Below, in pieces: positions 16,967-27,111 of a stretch of 64,000 nucleotides of DNA. The notes beneath the pieces are model-generated. The model was not told where the DNA came from and ran no database searches. It saw only the letters and a program-made list of their open reading frames with translations. Each line of letters starts with the position of its first letter. Positions within the stretch are counted from its first letter, which is position 1. This stretch comes from a virus, in IMG/VR virus record IMGVR_UViG_3300008261_000042; one strand, given 5' to 3'. The translations under genes were made by a program, and so were the position numbers.

Positions 16967-19579
16967 ATGGCAGCAGGGTTTGAAACCGCAGTAGATACGA
17001 GAGGAGATTCTACAATCCTCAAAGATTCTATGGGAGCAATGATCTCCAAAGTTCTTGCTGCCAAAGTGATGGCAGATAAAGAACGTGCTTATGCCAAAAA
17101 AGAAGCATGGAAACAGGGTATTGATGAGGCTCAATTTGATGCAATGAATCCACCTGGATTCTTTTTCAGGAAAGCATTGATAGGTGAGTTTGGTGGCTTC
17201 GCTATCAAGAAAAAGAAACAGGAACTTGCTGCACTTTATAGGAAAGGATTACTTCTTGGTAAGATATCTAAGAATAAACAATTACGTGGAAAAGTTATTG
17301 GTCAACTAAAACAATCATTAATATATTCTAAAGCAAATTTAAAGAACGCTAAGAAGTTTCGTAGTCAGTTTGATTATAATGATTATGATGAAATGTTTGC
17401 TCCACAAAGTGAAAAGGTTCCTAGCACGAGAAAGAAAGTTCAAAATGCTATTGGTGGAGGAACTGGTAAAAGAGTTTCAAGAGAACAAATTATTGAATCT
17501 ATTGATGCTATTGCAAAATCAATTGAAAAAACAGCGCAATCGATTACACAATCATCTGCTTCTGTTTATGGAACACTGATTACTGCCAATCAGTTACAAG
17601 CAGATGTTGCACAAGATCTTAAGGTTAGAAATACTACACTCGAAGATAAACTACAAAAATTAGTTGATGTAATTTCTAATCAAACCCAAGTACAAAAAGA
17701 TTTTATTGACAAGAAAGAAGATATACAACAAGAAAGTAAATTAGAAGGAAAGAGAGCTGCTGCTGGAGCAGAAACACCAGATGATTTGAGAACAATAGTC
17801 AACGAAAGTAGAAGTTTTTCTACCTTTGCTAATGAGCAAGCAATGATGGATCCTTACTTGAGGCAACCACCTGAAGTAAAACCAGTTAATAGCATGGTAA
17901 ATGATACTGCTTCTATGGAAGCTTATGGTTATCCTAAGGCAGAAAGGGGTGGAATGTTTGGTAAAGGTGGAGTGGAGTTACATGGCACGGAAGCACTGGC
18001 ATCTGATCGTGGTGTTAAAATTGTATCTGGTCCTGACAGTGGATATCTACATAAAATTGATGAGCCAAGTGAAGTAATTCCAATTGATAATAATTTTACA
18101 CAAGGACAAAAGAGTGCAGTGACTGGTAAAATAGAACCAAAACCAAAAACTCCCATGATTAATAATATTCAAAAGTTTGAAATGGGTACTAAAAATAATT
18201 TTGCTCCTGCAGCTCTCAATATAAACACCGATGCGTCACAACCATTGATAGATGCTATGGAATTAATACCAATGGCTGCTGGAGGTGGTGCTCTTGCTTT
18301 GACATCGGAATATGTTAAAGTTTTGGGAGAATCTGCTGGACAAGATATTGCTCCTGAAATGAGTAAACTACAACGTCCTCTCGCTAGTGTATTTGGTTTA
18401 AATTCGTCTATTATTACCAAAGCAACAGGAACAAAAACAATAGCTAAGAAAACAGAAGAGGAAGATAAATCTAAAGAAGGTGATGGAGAAAAGAAAAAAG
18501 GAATATTTGATAAACTGAAAGAAGGTTTTGGGAAGTTTATGGAACTTCTTGGTAAAAAGATTAATGATGTAGATACTTCAGGTGATGGTGGTGCAGGCGG
18601 AGATGGTATGGGTGGTGGTGGAACAGGTGCTGGTGGATCTGGGCAAGATTTTGCTACACTTGCTACGGTAGCTGCACTTGAATCTGGATCTGCTCAAGGA
18701 AGAGCTGATGTAGCTCAGTCAGTTTATAATAGATTGGGGGATGGATCATATGGTAGTTCTATTACAGATATTCTTACAAGACAAGGACAATATCAAGTAG
18801 CATTTAAAGATCCAAAAGCATCTAGTGGAGCTGGAACACAAATAGCTGATGTATTTAAAAATATAAAAACAGAAGATGATGCAGTGAAAGCAATTATGTA
18901 CTATTACAAGGCTAGAGGTCAGTCTATTACTGCAGATAGAGCAAGAAAAATGTATCGAGAATCTGCTTCTGCTATTTCCGATCCTAAATTAAGACAAAAT
19001 GCATCTGCATATGTACAAGGAAGAACAGAATTTCGTGGATATCGTACTGGAACATCTGGAGAAGTTCATCGAGGAGGAAAAAGTGATAATTATTTTTCTG
19101 TTCAGTATGGTTCTGGTAAGCAGATAGCAAGAGGAGCAGTGGCTGCCCCATCTGGATTATTTAATAAACCATCTACAACTCCAACAACTTCAATAGCAGG
19201 TAATCCACCTGGAGCATTAGCAAATGGACAAAGACCAGATATAATACCATCAGCAGAACAACAAAGAGTTGCTATTGCTGCTAGAGCCGAAGCAGATAGA
19301 TTGGGATTAAAAGGTAAAGAAAAAGAAAAATTCGTTGCTGAAAAAGTAATGGCAGTTCCGAGTCCTATATTCCAAAGACCATCACAGCAATCAAAAGTGG
19401 AAACTCTCGGAGAAATCTCTACAAATCCAAGACAGAATGTTAAACCACAAATTGTTGCATTAAATACTGGTGGAAATACTACTCAGACAGCTGGAGCAGC
19501 AACACCACCATCATTAGGTGATAGCACAATTCCATCAGGTAGAAACCCACTAAAAGATTCTGGATTATACATAGGATAA
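16967..19579 (+). CDS. Large tail protein with cell-wall hydrolase (SleB/Hydrolase_2-like) domain
   Basis: ALESG..QGRADVAQSVYNR...SITDILTRQGQYQ (~18650-19110); preceded by ATAAATA. Confidence 0.75.
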   Translation: MAAGFETAVDTRGDSTILKDSMGAMISKVLAAKVMADKERAYAKKEAWKQGIDEAQFDAMNPPGFFFRKALIGEFGGFAIKKKKQELAALYRKGLLLGKISKNKQLRGKVIGQLKQSLIYSKANLKNAKKFRSQFDYNDYDEMFAPQSEKVPSTRKKVQNAIGGGTGKRVSREQIIESIDAIAKSIEKTAQSITQSSASVYGTLITANQLQADVAQDLKVRNTTLEDKLQKLVDVISNQTQVQKDFIDKKEDIQQESKLEGKRAAAGAETPDDLRTIVNESRSFSTFANEQAMMDPYLRQPPEVKPVNSMVNDTASMEAYGYPKAERGGMFGKGGVELHGTEALASDRGVKIVSGPDSGYLHKIDEPSEVIPIDNNFTQGQKSAVTGKIEPKPKTPMINNIQKFEMGTKNNFAPAALNINTDASQPLIDAMELIPMAAGGGALALTSEYVKVLGESAGQDIAPEMSKLQRPLASVFGLNSSIITKATGTKTIAKKTEEEDKSKEGDGEKKKGIFDKLKEGFGKFMELLGKKINDVDTSGDGGAGGDGMGGGGTGAGGSGQDFATLATVAALESGSAQGRADVAQSVYNRLGDGSYGSSITDILTRQGQYQVAFKDPKASSGAGTQIADVFKNIKTEDDAVKAIMYYYKARGQSITADRARKMYRESASAISDPKLRQNASAYVQGRTEFRGYRTGTSGEVHRGGKSDNYFSVQYGSGKQIARGAVAAPSGLFNKPSTTPTTSIAGNPPGALANGQRPDIIPSAEQQRVAIAARAEADRLGLKGKEKEKFVAEKVMAVPSPIFQRPSQQSKVETLGEISTNPRQNVKPQIVALNTGGNTTQTAGAATPPSLGDSTIPSGRNPLKDSGLYIG

Positions 19580-21000
19580 TGTCACAGTTACCATACGCAG
19601 CAAGTTTTAAAATAAAATCAATTTTAATTTATCAGGTAGAAAGTAATAAGTCATTTGATATAACTGATCTTGCTATAAAATTTGATTACTTTGAGAATAT
19701 ACATTATCCTACTATATCAGCGAGGTTAATGTTAGTTGATAGTGTAGAGAATTTAATTGCATCTTTGCCTATCCAAGGATTTGAAAAGGTAGAGATTACT
19801 TTAGAAATGGGTAACAAAGAAACCTATGAATATTCTTTTAGAGTATATAAAATTGATAATAGATTTGGTGCTGACAGATTCCAGACATATACTCTAGGTC
19901 TTATATCAACAGAAGCATTATTGAATGAGGGTATTCGTGTAGCGAAAACTTTACGTGGTAAGCCAGATGCTATTGTGCAAGAGATACTACAATCATATCT
20001 CAAGACGGAGAAAGAAATTACTGTAGATAAATCTGTCTATAATATGGTCTTCCAACCAGGAAAGAAAAGTCCATTCTCGATCATCAATGCTATCAAAACT
20101 AAAGCAGTTCCAGAAGGAACATCGGTGAAGTCAAAAGGTAAATCATCCACAGCAAAATCTGGTAGCAGTGAGGGTGGAGCATCTGATATTGCTGCTACAG
20201 ATAAAGCAGATTATCAATCAGCTGGTGGCACGGCAGGTTACTTCTTCTATGAAAATAGAGATGGATACTTCTTCAAATCTGTTGATTCGTTATGTTCTTC
20301 TGACAAATTTAATGGAGAGAAACCCGTAGCAACATACATTCAAGAGAATGCAAACGTTGGTGGTTCACCTGATAGAAAGATTCTAGATATTGATTTCAAT
20401 AATGAGATTGATATCATGAGCAAACTTAGAATGGGTGCTTACTCATCTTTAATTTGTTTCTATAACTATAGCACTGGTGCTTATGAAGAATATGTTTACT
20501 CACTAGCAAAAGAATATGAAAACATGGGACATATGGGATCACAAAAAGGATTGCCATATGGTCAGAAAGAATTGTCTAAGTATCCCACCAGAATTATGAG
20601 TGTTCTTCTTGATCACGAGACATGGTTTGATGGAGAAGAAACTGCATCGCCAGAAGAGAGAGACGGAGCAAATGGAAAAACAAGTGGCTATCCAGATTTT
20701 CAAAAGTATTATATATCTCAGTCAATATCTAGATATCATTCACTAGAAAATCAGAAAGTAAATTTAACTGTGACTGGCAATCCAGAATTGAAAGTCGGTG
20801 ATAAGATAGAGATTTTAATACCAAATCAGATCCCAACAGGTAAAAGAGCACAAGCATTGTATGATAGTGAGCATAGCGGAACGTATTTGATCTCGGAAGT
20901 GAACCATGCATTCAGTCCAAAGGATCAGAAATGCACCACCTATCTCACACTAATTAGAGATTCATATGGAAGACAAGATAGTGCTTCCAATGTTAAATAA
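19579..21000 (+). CDS. Baseplate hub/tail protein (gp27-like)
   Basis: LPIQGFEKV, GYFFYENRDGYFFKS, GNPELKVGD, SGTYLISEVNH, LIRDS. Confidence 0.75.
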   Translation: MSQLPYAASFKIKSILIYQVESNKSFDITDLAIKFDYFENIHYPTISARLMLVDSVENLIASLPIQGFEKVEITLEMGNKETYEYSFRVYKIDNRFGADRFQTYTLGLISTEALLNEGIRVAKTLRGKPDAIVQEILQSYLKTEKEITVDKSVYNMVFQPGKKSPFSIINAIKTKAVPEGTSVKSKGKSSTAKSGSSEGGASDIAATDKADYQSAGGTAGYFFYENRDGYFFKSVDSLCSSDKFNGEKPVATYIQENANVGGSPDRKILDIDFNNEIDIMSKLRMGAYSSLICFYNYSTGAYEEYVYSLAKEYENMGHMGSQKGLPYGQKELSKYPTRIMSVLLDHETWFDGEETASPEERDGANGKTSGYPDFQKYYISQSISRYHSLENQKVNLTVTGNPELKVGDKIEILIPNQIPTGKRAQALYDSEHSGTYLISEVNHAFSPKDQKCTTYLTLIRDSYGRQDSASNVK

Positions 21001-21023
21001 ATAGGTAATAAACCTCCTTTAGT

Positions 21024-24000
21024 ATGGATCCAGTATTAACATCACTATTTCCTGTTCATCAGATTGGTGCTGACGGATTCAATTGGTGGATCGGTCAGAT
21101 CGAATCAAATAAGAATGACGATCCAAAGAATTCTGGAAGGTATCGAGTAAGGATCGTTGGCCAGCATTTAAAGACGTGTGATGCTACACCAACAGAAGAA
21201 TTGCCATGGGCAAATGTAGTGATGCCCGTCACAACTCCATGGTCTGATGGTGGTGTTACTGGAGCATCAGTTAATCTCAATCAAGGTAACTGGGTAGTAG
21301 GATTTTATCTTGATAATGATAAACAGAAACCAATTATCATGGGTTCTGTTGGTCATACAGCTGGTGCTACGTTACTAAAGAATGTAGAGGAAGATCCATC
21401 TCCAGGAGAAACTTGCAAGTCATTTACCACATTCCTTTCTCCTGATAGGGATCCATATAAGCATGAACCTTTACCAGAAAAAGATAAAACAAATGGTACA
21501 GTAGAAGCAGCTGCAAATTCTGCTACTGCTGCAGTTAAAGCAACTACCATAGGTCAGGCTGGTCTTCCAGCTAATGCTGTACCAGAAAAACATGCAGCTA
21601 ATTTTTATGCGTTGTTTGCAGAAAATTCAGAAACAAATCCTAATGGTGCTAAGATTTGTGTAGAAATTGCTGATCCAAAATGTGGATCTGAATCTGATTT
21701 AAAGGGAGGATTGACTAACATTCTTGGTGGTATGCTAGCTGCTAATCAACAATCAGGTGGACAACTTGGGGATTTTTATGTTAGTAAAGTTAGTGGGGAA
21801 CTAACAAGATATTTGGATGTAGGTAGATACCACGCTAACAGAGCTATTAGATTAGTTAAAAGCTTTATTGCTAGAGTTAAAGGTGAGCTAATTAAACTCA
21901 TTAGACAGGGAGTAGATTTCTTAATTGAAAATGCATTGACAGTAGAAGCTGCAGCAACAGATGCACTGGGGAATGTAAACACTGGTCCTGTAGCACCTGA
22001 TCTTGGCATTGAACCTTTCCAACCAATTGTAAAAAAAGAATCTAGATTAAAATCTATTCAAGAATTTTTAGATAAAACATTAGCAGAACTTGGATGCAGC
22101 ATTGAAGATATTACGGATAGAATTGCTCAGTGGTTAACTGATTTATTACTTGGCTTCTTAATGGATGCATTTAATGCTGCTACTTGCTTAGTAGATACTT
22201 TAGTTAATGGTATTATAAATCAGATTGTTTCGCTACTCGAAACATTAATTTCTAGTATTCTGGGACCACTGCAAGCAATTCTTTCTATTGCAGCAGCACC
22301 TTTAAATTTAATTGGCTCTGCAATTAATACTGTATTAGGTTTGCTTGGTATTTCTTGTGATGGTCCAGCAGAACAATGTCAAAAAATTAAAAAGGAATGC
22401 ACTGAATGTGACACCGAAGAGACGGAAGATTGGTTGGATAAATTAATTAATCAAATTGAAGATGGAGAATCTGCTGGTGATTCTGTTTGTTCTGATGCAA
22501 AGAAGTTCCCTACAATCAGAAAAACAAATGTAGTTGCTGTTGGTGGTGTATTTACTCCAGCTCCTGGCTCTAATATTCCTGGCACTACAACTACTGGACC
22601 TTCTGGAGGAACGACTAGCACTCCTGGCTCTGGTGGTGGAATAACACTAAGTACAGTTAATAGTATTTCTTATAGCTGTTCTGATATTACGGTTACTGAG
22701 GGTAATTTTGCTGTGTTTAATATAACTAGAGCTGGTAATACATTGTTCACATCAAGTTTGTCTTATACTATCACTGATTTAACAGCAAAATATAATGAAG
22801 ATTATACTGGTGTCGTAGTTGGTACAGTAGGATTTGCTAGAGGAGAAAGATCAAAAACTATTCAGATTAGAACTTTTAGAGATAGAAAAACGGAAGGCGT
22901 TGAAGAATTTCAGCTTGTATTAGTACCAGCATCTACTCCTGCTGGAATTACACCTAGATTTCCCAATGGAAATACATTTAAGTGTGCTATTACTGACTTT
23001 AAAAATAATAATTACGGTCCAGTTGTTGGATCTACTCCATCCATACCACCTCAAACAACAACAGTAGTTCCTGTAACACCAATTACATTAAGTCCATCAA
23101 CAAATCCGTTGAGGAAAACATATAAAATATCATCAGACAAATCTTACTATTATAATGGTGAAGTTATCACGTTTACAATTAATACTACAAATGTGGCTAA
23201 CAATACTGTATTAAGCTATGAAGTTGATGGCTCTATTAATGCTGCTGACGTTGCAGAAAGTTTAACAGGTCAAGTTACTATAGTAAACAATACTGCTACA
23301 TTAAAATTTACTACAGTTGATGATACAGATGCAACAAATGAAACATTAACTTTAAGTTTACTCAATACTCCAGCATTCAAAACAGTTTCTATTATTGCAG
23401 ATAGTATTCCAACATATGATGTTATAGCTGATAGAACTGTTGCTGAAGAGGGTAACAAGATTACATATACTATTACTACAGCTAATGTGGCTAATGGCAC
23501 TATATTAAATTATACTTTATCTGGTGGAATAGATCGTTTAGATATCATTGGATATAGTTTAACAGGTTCATTTGAAATTCAAAACGATAAAGCAACAGTA
23601 GAAATTCAGTTAACTAAAGATGGAACAATAGAACAAAGTGAATTGCTTACATTTACTATTGATAACACAACAGCTTCAGTTGATGTTATTGTTCTACCTG
23701 ACATACAAATTTTAACAGACCCAGATTTAACTAGAGTAACTGTAACCACTGACAAATTAAATTATGATGAAGGAGAAACTATAACTTACACAATTACTAC
23801 TAATAATATACCAGATGGAACTGTATTCCAATATTCTTTATTTGGGGAGTCAATTACTCCATCTGATATTTCTGGTGGATCTTTGTATGGTACATTCACA
23901 ATCTTAAACAACCAAGCAAAGGTTTATGTTGGTATTGAAGATGATACTCAAATAGAAAAGGATGAGACATTAACATTTAGTGTTAATGGAACTGGAGCAT

Positions 24001-24605
24001 CAGCTCAGGTTATTATTAATACAGATCCTAGTGATGAGATAGAAGATGATCCAGATATCGCAGTTCCTTGCGTAACTCCACCAACATTTGGAACACCAAT
24101 CACCGATGCAAAAGGATCGATCATTAGTATTCCTATTGTGGAAAGAGGATGCCCATACCAAACACCACCAACTATTATTATTTCTGGTAATGGATATGGT
24201 TCTAGAGCTATTCCTTTACTTGATGATAAAGGTTATGTTACTGAAGTTAGATTAACAAAGACAGGAACTAATTACCTGAAGAATCTACCAGATCCTAATC
24301 TCCGTTGTGTTATTGATTCATTTACATTATTGAATCCAGGAAGAGATTATACTTCTGCTCCTAAAGTAATCATCAATGGAGAAAAAGATCTTGCAGAAGC
24401 ATTGGTAAATAGTGATGGTTACGTTTATAGTGTAAGAATACTTGATAGATCTAAAGAGTATTACGAAATTCCATCTATCATTATCCAAGGTGGTGGTGGA
24501 TCTGGAGCTAGAGTCCTTCCTAATATTGTTTGTAAGGATCCTCTCGAACTTGAAAGTATTGGTTATGCTAAGATTGGAACAGGTAAGTATATTGATTGCC
24601 CATAA
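21024..24605 (+). CDS. gp5: gp5-like baseplate hub protein (OB-fold N-terminus) with Calx-beta/Ig-like repeats
   Basis: GADGFNWWIGQIE, GRYRVRIVGQH, LPWA, VVGFYLD...QKPIIMG; tandem beta-sandwich repeats follow. Confidence 0.85.
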   Translation: MDPVLTSLFPVHQIGADGFNWWIGQIESNKNDDPKNSGRYRVRIVGQHLKTCDATPTEELPWANVVMPVTTPWSDGGVTGASVNLNQGNWVVGFYLDNDKQKPIIMGSVGHTAGATLLKNVEEDPSPGETCKSFTTFLSPDRDPYKHEPLPEKDKTNGTVEAAANSATAAVKATTIGQAGLPANAVPEKHAANFYALFAENSETNPNGAKICVEIADPKCGSESDLKGGLTNILGGMLAANQQSGGQLGDFYVSKVSGELTRYLDVGRYHANRAIRLVKSFIARVKGELIKLIRQGVDFLIENALTVEAAATDALGNVNTGPVAPDLGIEPFQPIVKKESRLKSIQEFLDKTLAELGCSIEDITDRIAQWLTDLLLGFLMDAFNAATCLVDTLVNGIINQIVSLLETLISSILGPLQAILSIAAAPLNLIGSAINTVLGLLGISCDGPAEQCQKIKKECTECDTEETEDWLDKLINQIEDGESAGDSVCSDAKKFPTIRKTNVVAVGGVFTPAPGSNIPGTTTTGPSGGTTSTPGSGGGITLSTVNSISYSCSDITVTEGNFAVFNITRAGNTLFTSSLSYTITDLTAKYNEDYTGVVVGTVGFARGERSKTIQIRTFRDRKTEGVEEFQLVLVPASTPAGITPRFPNGNTFKCAITDFKNNNYGPVVGSTPSIPPQTTTVVPVTPITLSPSTNPLRKTYKISSDKSYYYNGEVITFTINTTNVANNTVLSYEVDGSINAADVAESLTGQVTIVNNTATLKFTTVDDTDATNETLTLSLLNTPAFKTVSIIADSIPTYDVIADRTVAEEGNKITYTITTANVANGTILNYTLSGGIDRLDIIGYSLTGSFEIQNDKATVEIQLTKDGTIEQSELLTFTIDNTTASVDVIVLPDIQILTDPDLTRVTVTTDKLNYDEGETITYTITTNNIPDGTVFQYSLFGESITPSDISGGSLYGTFTILNNQAKVYVGIEDDTQIEKDETLTFSVNGTGASAQVIINTDPSDEIEDDPDIAVPCVTPPTFGTPITDAKGSIISIPIVERGCPYQTPPTIIISGNGYGSRAIPLLDDKGYVTEVRLTKTGTNYLKNLPDPNLRCVIDSFTLLNPGRDYTSAPKVIINGEKDLAEALVNSDGYVYSVRILDRSKEYYEIPSIIIQGGGGSGARVLPNIVCKDPLELESIGYAKIGTGKYIDCP

Positions 24606-25792
24606 TGTCATTAACTAATAAACCAGTATCGGAAGATACAGCAACAAAACTATCAGGTAACGTTCCTAAAGGTGAAGGTGAATATTCTGGACAGTATGGT
24701 GGTCCAGTAATAGATGCTTTCATGGAAATGGGAGCTGCATCTATTGCTAGCTATAAATTTCCAGATGGTTCGGATGGATTTGCTATCTTTTCTAAGTCTT
24801 GGGCATTCCATGTAGATAACAATAACAATTTTATCTTTACTGCTGGTCCTCCATCTCAAGGTGGTTGTGGTGGTAAATTAATTCAAAAAAGCGAAGCAAT
24901 TGTTCAAAAAACAGGATCAGTTTCTACTCATGTTACTGGTAGAAAAGATGATGGTGTTGCAAAACAAGAAGTAAAAGATGGTGGTATAGAAGAAACAAAA
25001 CTACCTGCATATTCACTTAAAGTTGAAGGAGATATTCTTCTAGAATCAGTTGGGGGTGAAGTTGCTATTAAGGGTGATAATATTACACTTAACGCACTTA
25101 ATACTCTTAACTTAAAATCTGGTAAAGATATTAACATTCAAGCTGGAGATCAAAGTGGCAAGATCACAATGAACTGTAGTAAGTTTGATCTCAATGCTGC
25201 ATTTTTCAATAAAAATATATCTGGTGGTGAATACTCAAAGGGTTCTGGAGAAACACAGGTAGAACAATACAATCCAGGAGCAACAAATGAAATAGCAACT
25301 CCAGGTAGTATTAAATATACAGTTAATGGTGATTATGAAGTAGGTGTTACGGGTGACTATAAACAAATTGTAAATGGTCACTATAGTATTTCAGTTGATA
25401 AAGATTTTGCTACATCAGTTAAAGGTGATTACTCTATGAAGGTAGAGGGCAAAGCAAAATCTGTATTCAGTGGTATCAACAAAACATCTGCACAAAAAGA
25501 AACATATATTCTTGAGGTTGGCGCAGCTGCAAAAGAAATTCCTTCTTACTTTATTACTTCTGGTTCTGGTGTTAAGATTGAAACATTAACTGATGGATTC
25601 TTACTTGAAACAGCAAAGCAAGCAAGTAAATTTGAACTAACAGAAAAAGAATTGATAGCATCTGTTGGTAAGAAACTAGGAGAACTATCAATTACAGCAA
25701 AAGAATCAAAGCTGAGCTTTGGAGAAACATCTACGGTCACAGCTGACGCTAAGGGTGTGACAGTTAAAGGAACGGCTATCTATTTGAACTAG
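24605..25792 (+). CDS. gp5 C-terminal beta-helix spike-like protein
   Basis: Repeated VxGDY/VxG motifs, ending in ...TAIYLN. Confidence 0.7.
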   Translation: MSLTNKPVSEDTATKLSGNVPKGEGEYSGQYGGPVIDAFMEMGAASIASYKFPDGSDGFAIFSKSWAFHVDNNNNFIFTAGPPSQGGCGGKLIQKSEAIVQKTGSVSTHVTGRKDDGVAKQEVKDGGIEETKLPAYSLKVEGDILLESVGGEVAIKGDNITLNALNTLNLKSGKDINIQAGDQSGKITMNCSKFDLNAAFFNKNISGGEYSKGSGETQVEQYNPGATNEIATPGSIKYTVNGDYEVGVTGDYKQIVNGHYSISVDKDFATSVKGDYSMKVEGKAKSVFSGINKTSAQKETYILEVGAAAKEIPSYFITSGSGVKIETLTDGFLLETAKQASKFELTEKELIASVGKKLGELSITAKESKLSFGETSTVTADAKGVTVKGTAIYLN

Positions 25793-25795
25793 GGG

Positions 25796-25829
25796 TTGAC
25801 AAGCCAGCCATCTCGTGCTATACTAAATA
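25796..25829 (+). promoter_or_regulatory. Overlapping early (sigma70) and late promoters
   Basis: TTGACA, 17 bp, TATACT (25819-25824), overlapping CTAAATA (25823-25829). Confidence 0.75.
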
Positions 25830-25852
25830 AGTACAAGGGTCGAGGCAGTCGA

Positions 25853-25984
25853 ATGACTATTCCAAATTGGCAACACCACAGCAAGAAAGAACAGAAGCGA
25901 CACCTCAAGCCTCAAGCTTTACGTGACGCTAGGAAGCGCAGACAAGCACTAAAAAATCGCTTGACAGCAACGGGTCGAATATGA
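25853..25984 (+). CDS. Small basic conserved cyanophage protein
   Basis: GAGG RBS; MTIPNWQHHSKKEQKRHLKPQALR. Confidence 0.7.
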   Translation: MTIPNWQHHSKKEQKRHLKPQALRDARKRRQALKNRLTATGRI

Positions 25985-26008
25985 TACGATAGGTTCGTAT
26001 CAATTCAT

Positions 26009-26080
26009 GGGACTGTCGCCTATTGGTTAAGGCCCACTGCTTATAACGGTGTGAACTGTGTTCAATTCACAGCAGTCCTA
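26009..26080 (+). tRNA. tRNA-Ile (anticodon TAT)
   Basis: Acceptor GGGACTG/CAGTCCT, anticodon arm CACTG-CTTATAA-CGGTG, T arm with GTTCAATTC. Confidence 0.88.
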
Positions 26081-26086
26081 CTTGTT

Positions 26087-26159
26087 GCTGGTTTAGCTCT
26101 CTGGCGAAAGCACCGAACTCATAATTCGACTAAGGTGGGTTCGATCCCCACAACCAGCA
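26087..26159 (+). tRNA. tRNA with CAT anticodon (elongator Met or Ile2)
   Basis: Acceptor GCTGGTT/AACCAGC, loop CTCATAA, T arm GTGGG-TTCGATC-CCCAC. Confidence 0.85.
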
Positions 26160-26160
26160 C

Positions 26161-26189
26161 TTGACAATCTCAGCAATCCATGCTATGAT
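26161..26189 (+). promoter_or_regulatory. Sigma70-type promoter upstream of tRNA-Leu
   Basis: TTGACA, 17 bp, TATGAT with an extended TG. Confidence 0.8.
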
Positions 26190-26202
26190 TGTCTCATACC
26201 AC

Positions 26203-26286
26203 GGGGATGTGGTGGAAGTGGTAGACACACCAGACTTAAAATCTGTTGGGAGCAATCCCGTGGGGGTTCAAGTCCCCCCGTCCCTA
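26203..26286 (+). tRNA. tRNA-Leu (TAA)
   Basis: GGGGATG/CGTCCCT acceptor, loop CTTAAAA, long variable arm. Confidence 0.93.
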
Positions 26287-26321
26287 TTCTCACACTAAAT
26301 ATATTGTGTGGGATTTAACAC

Positions 26322-26594
26322 ATGAAATACAAGTACACCCTATCTCAACAATATTGTTTTTACATGGGGGAAGTTGTGCGTATGTATTTCATACAAGGTA
26401 TGCCATATACCTTTGACGAACTACCTCAAATAGTTCAAGATCATCCTTCTGTACAAGCAGAAGCACTACAACATCCAGATTATGATGATGAATGGCTTTA
26501 TATGGCATCAAATTATTTGATGACAGAAGCAGCTCATCCTCTTATGTTTGATATTGAAGTTGACAATCCAGATTTATTACCAAAAGATGATTGA
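26322..26594 (+). CDS. Conserved cyanophage hypothetical protein
   Basis: VVRMYFIQGMPYTFDELP; preceded by CTAAATA (26296-26302). Confidence 0.8.
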   Translation: MKYKYTLSQQYCFYMGEVVRMYFIQGMPYTFDELPQIVQDHPSVQAEALQHPDYDDEWLYMASNYLMTEAAHPLMFDIEVDNPDLLPKDD

Positions 26595-27111
26595 AGAATT
26601 CAAAGAACTTTTAGTTGGCAAATTTGAAAACAAACTTCAGGCTTTTAAAAATCCAAGTAAGTTTGCTTATATCAGAATTACTCATGTTGATATTGGTGAT
26701 GGTCTTTACTACGGTGAACAAGCATACAACTATAATTTAAAATCTCCTTATCGTCAGTTTATTCTTGAACCTATTCAAGAAGAAAATCAAATTCGTATTC
26801 TTAACTACGAAGTTGAAGATAAGAATCAATTTAAAAATTGTCAAAACCTTGACAAGATTAATAGAAGTATGCTAAAATTAAAGAGTGGTTGTGACGTAGT
26901 TGTGACTAAAGATCAAGATTCATTTAAAGGTGGTCTTACTGGTTGTGAATGTTATGTAGATTGGATGGGTAGAAATACTTATCTTCAAAATCAAATTGAA
27001 TTGAACTCTACTCATTATTATGTAATTGACAAAGGATTTTGTGCAGAACACAATCATCAAATTTGGGGTTCTAAATATGGTAGATTTGAATTTGCAAGAA
27101 TGCCACTTTAG
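26587..27111 (+). CDS. cpeT: CpeT/CpcT-like (T-type) phycobiliprotein lyase
   Basis: GKFENKLQAFKNP, YGEQAY...PYRQ, GCDV, C.V, DKGF, QIWGSKYGRFEF motifs. Confidence 0.9.
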   Translation: MIEEFKELLVGKFENKLQAFKNPSKFAYIRITHVDIGDGLYYGEQAYNYNLKSPYRQFILEPIQEENQIRILNYEVEDKNQFKNCQNLDKINRSMLKLKSGCDVVVTKDQDSFKGGLTGCECYVDWMGRNTYLQNQIELNSTHYYVIDKGFCAEHNHQIWGSKYGRFEFARMPL

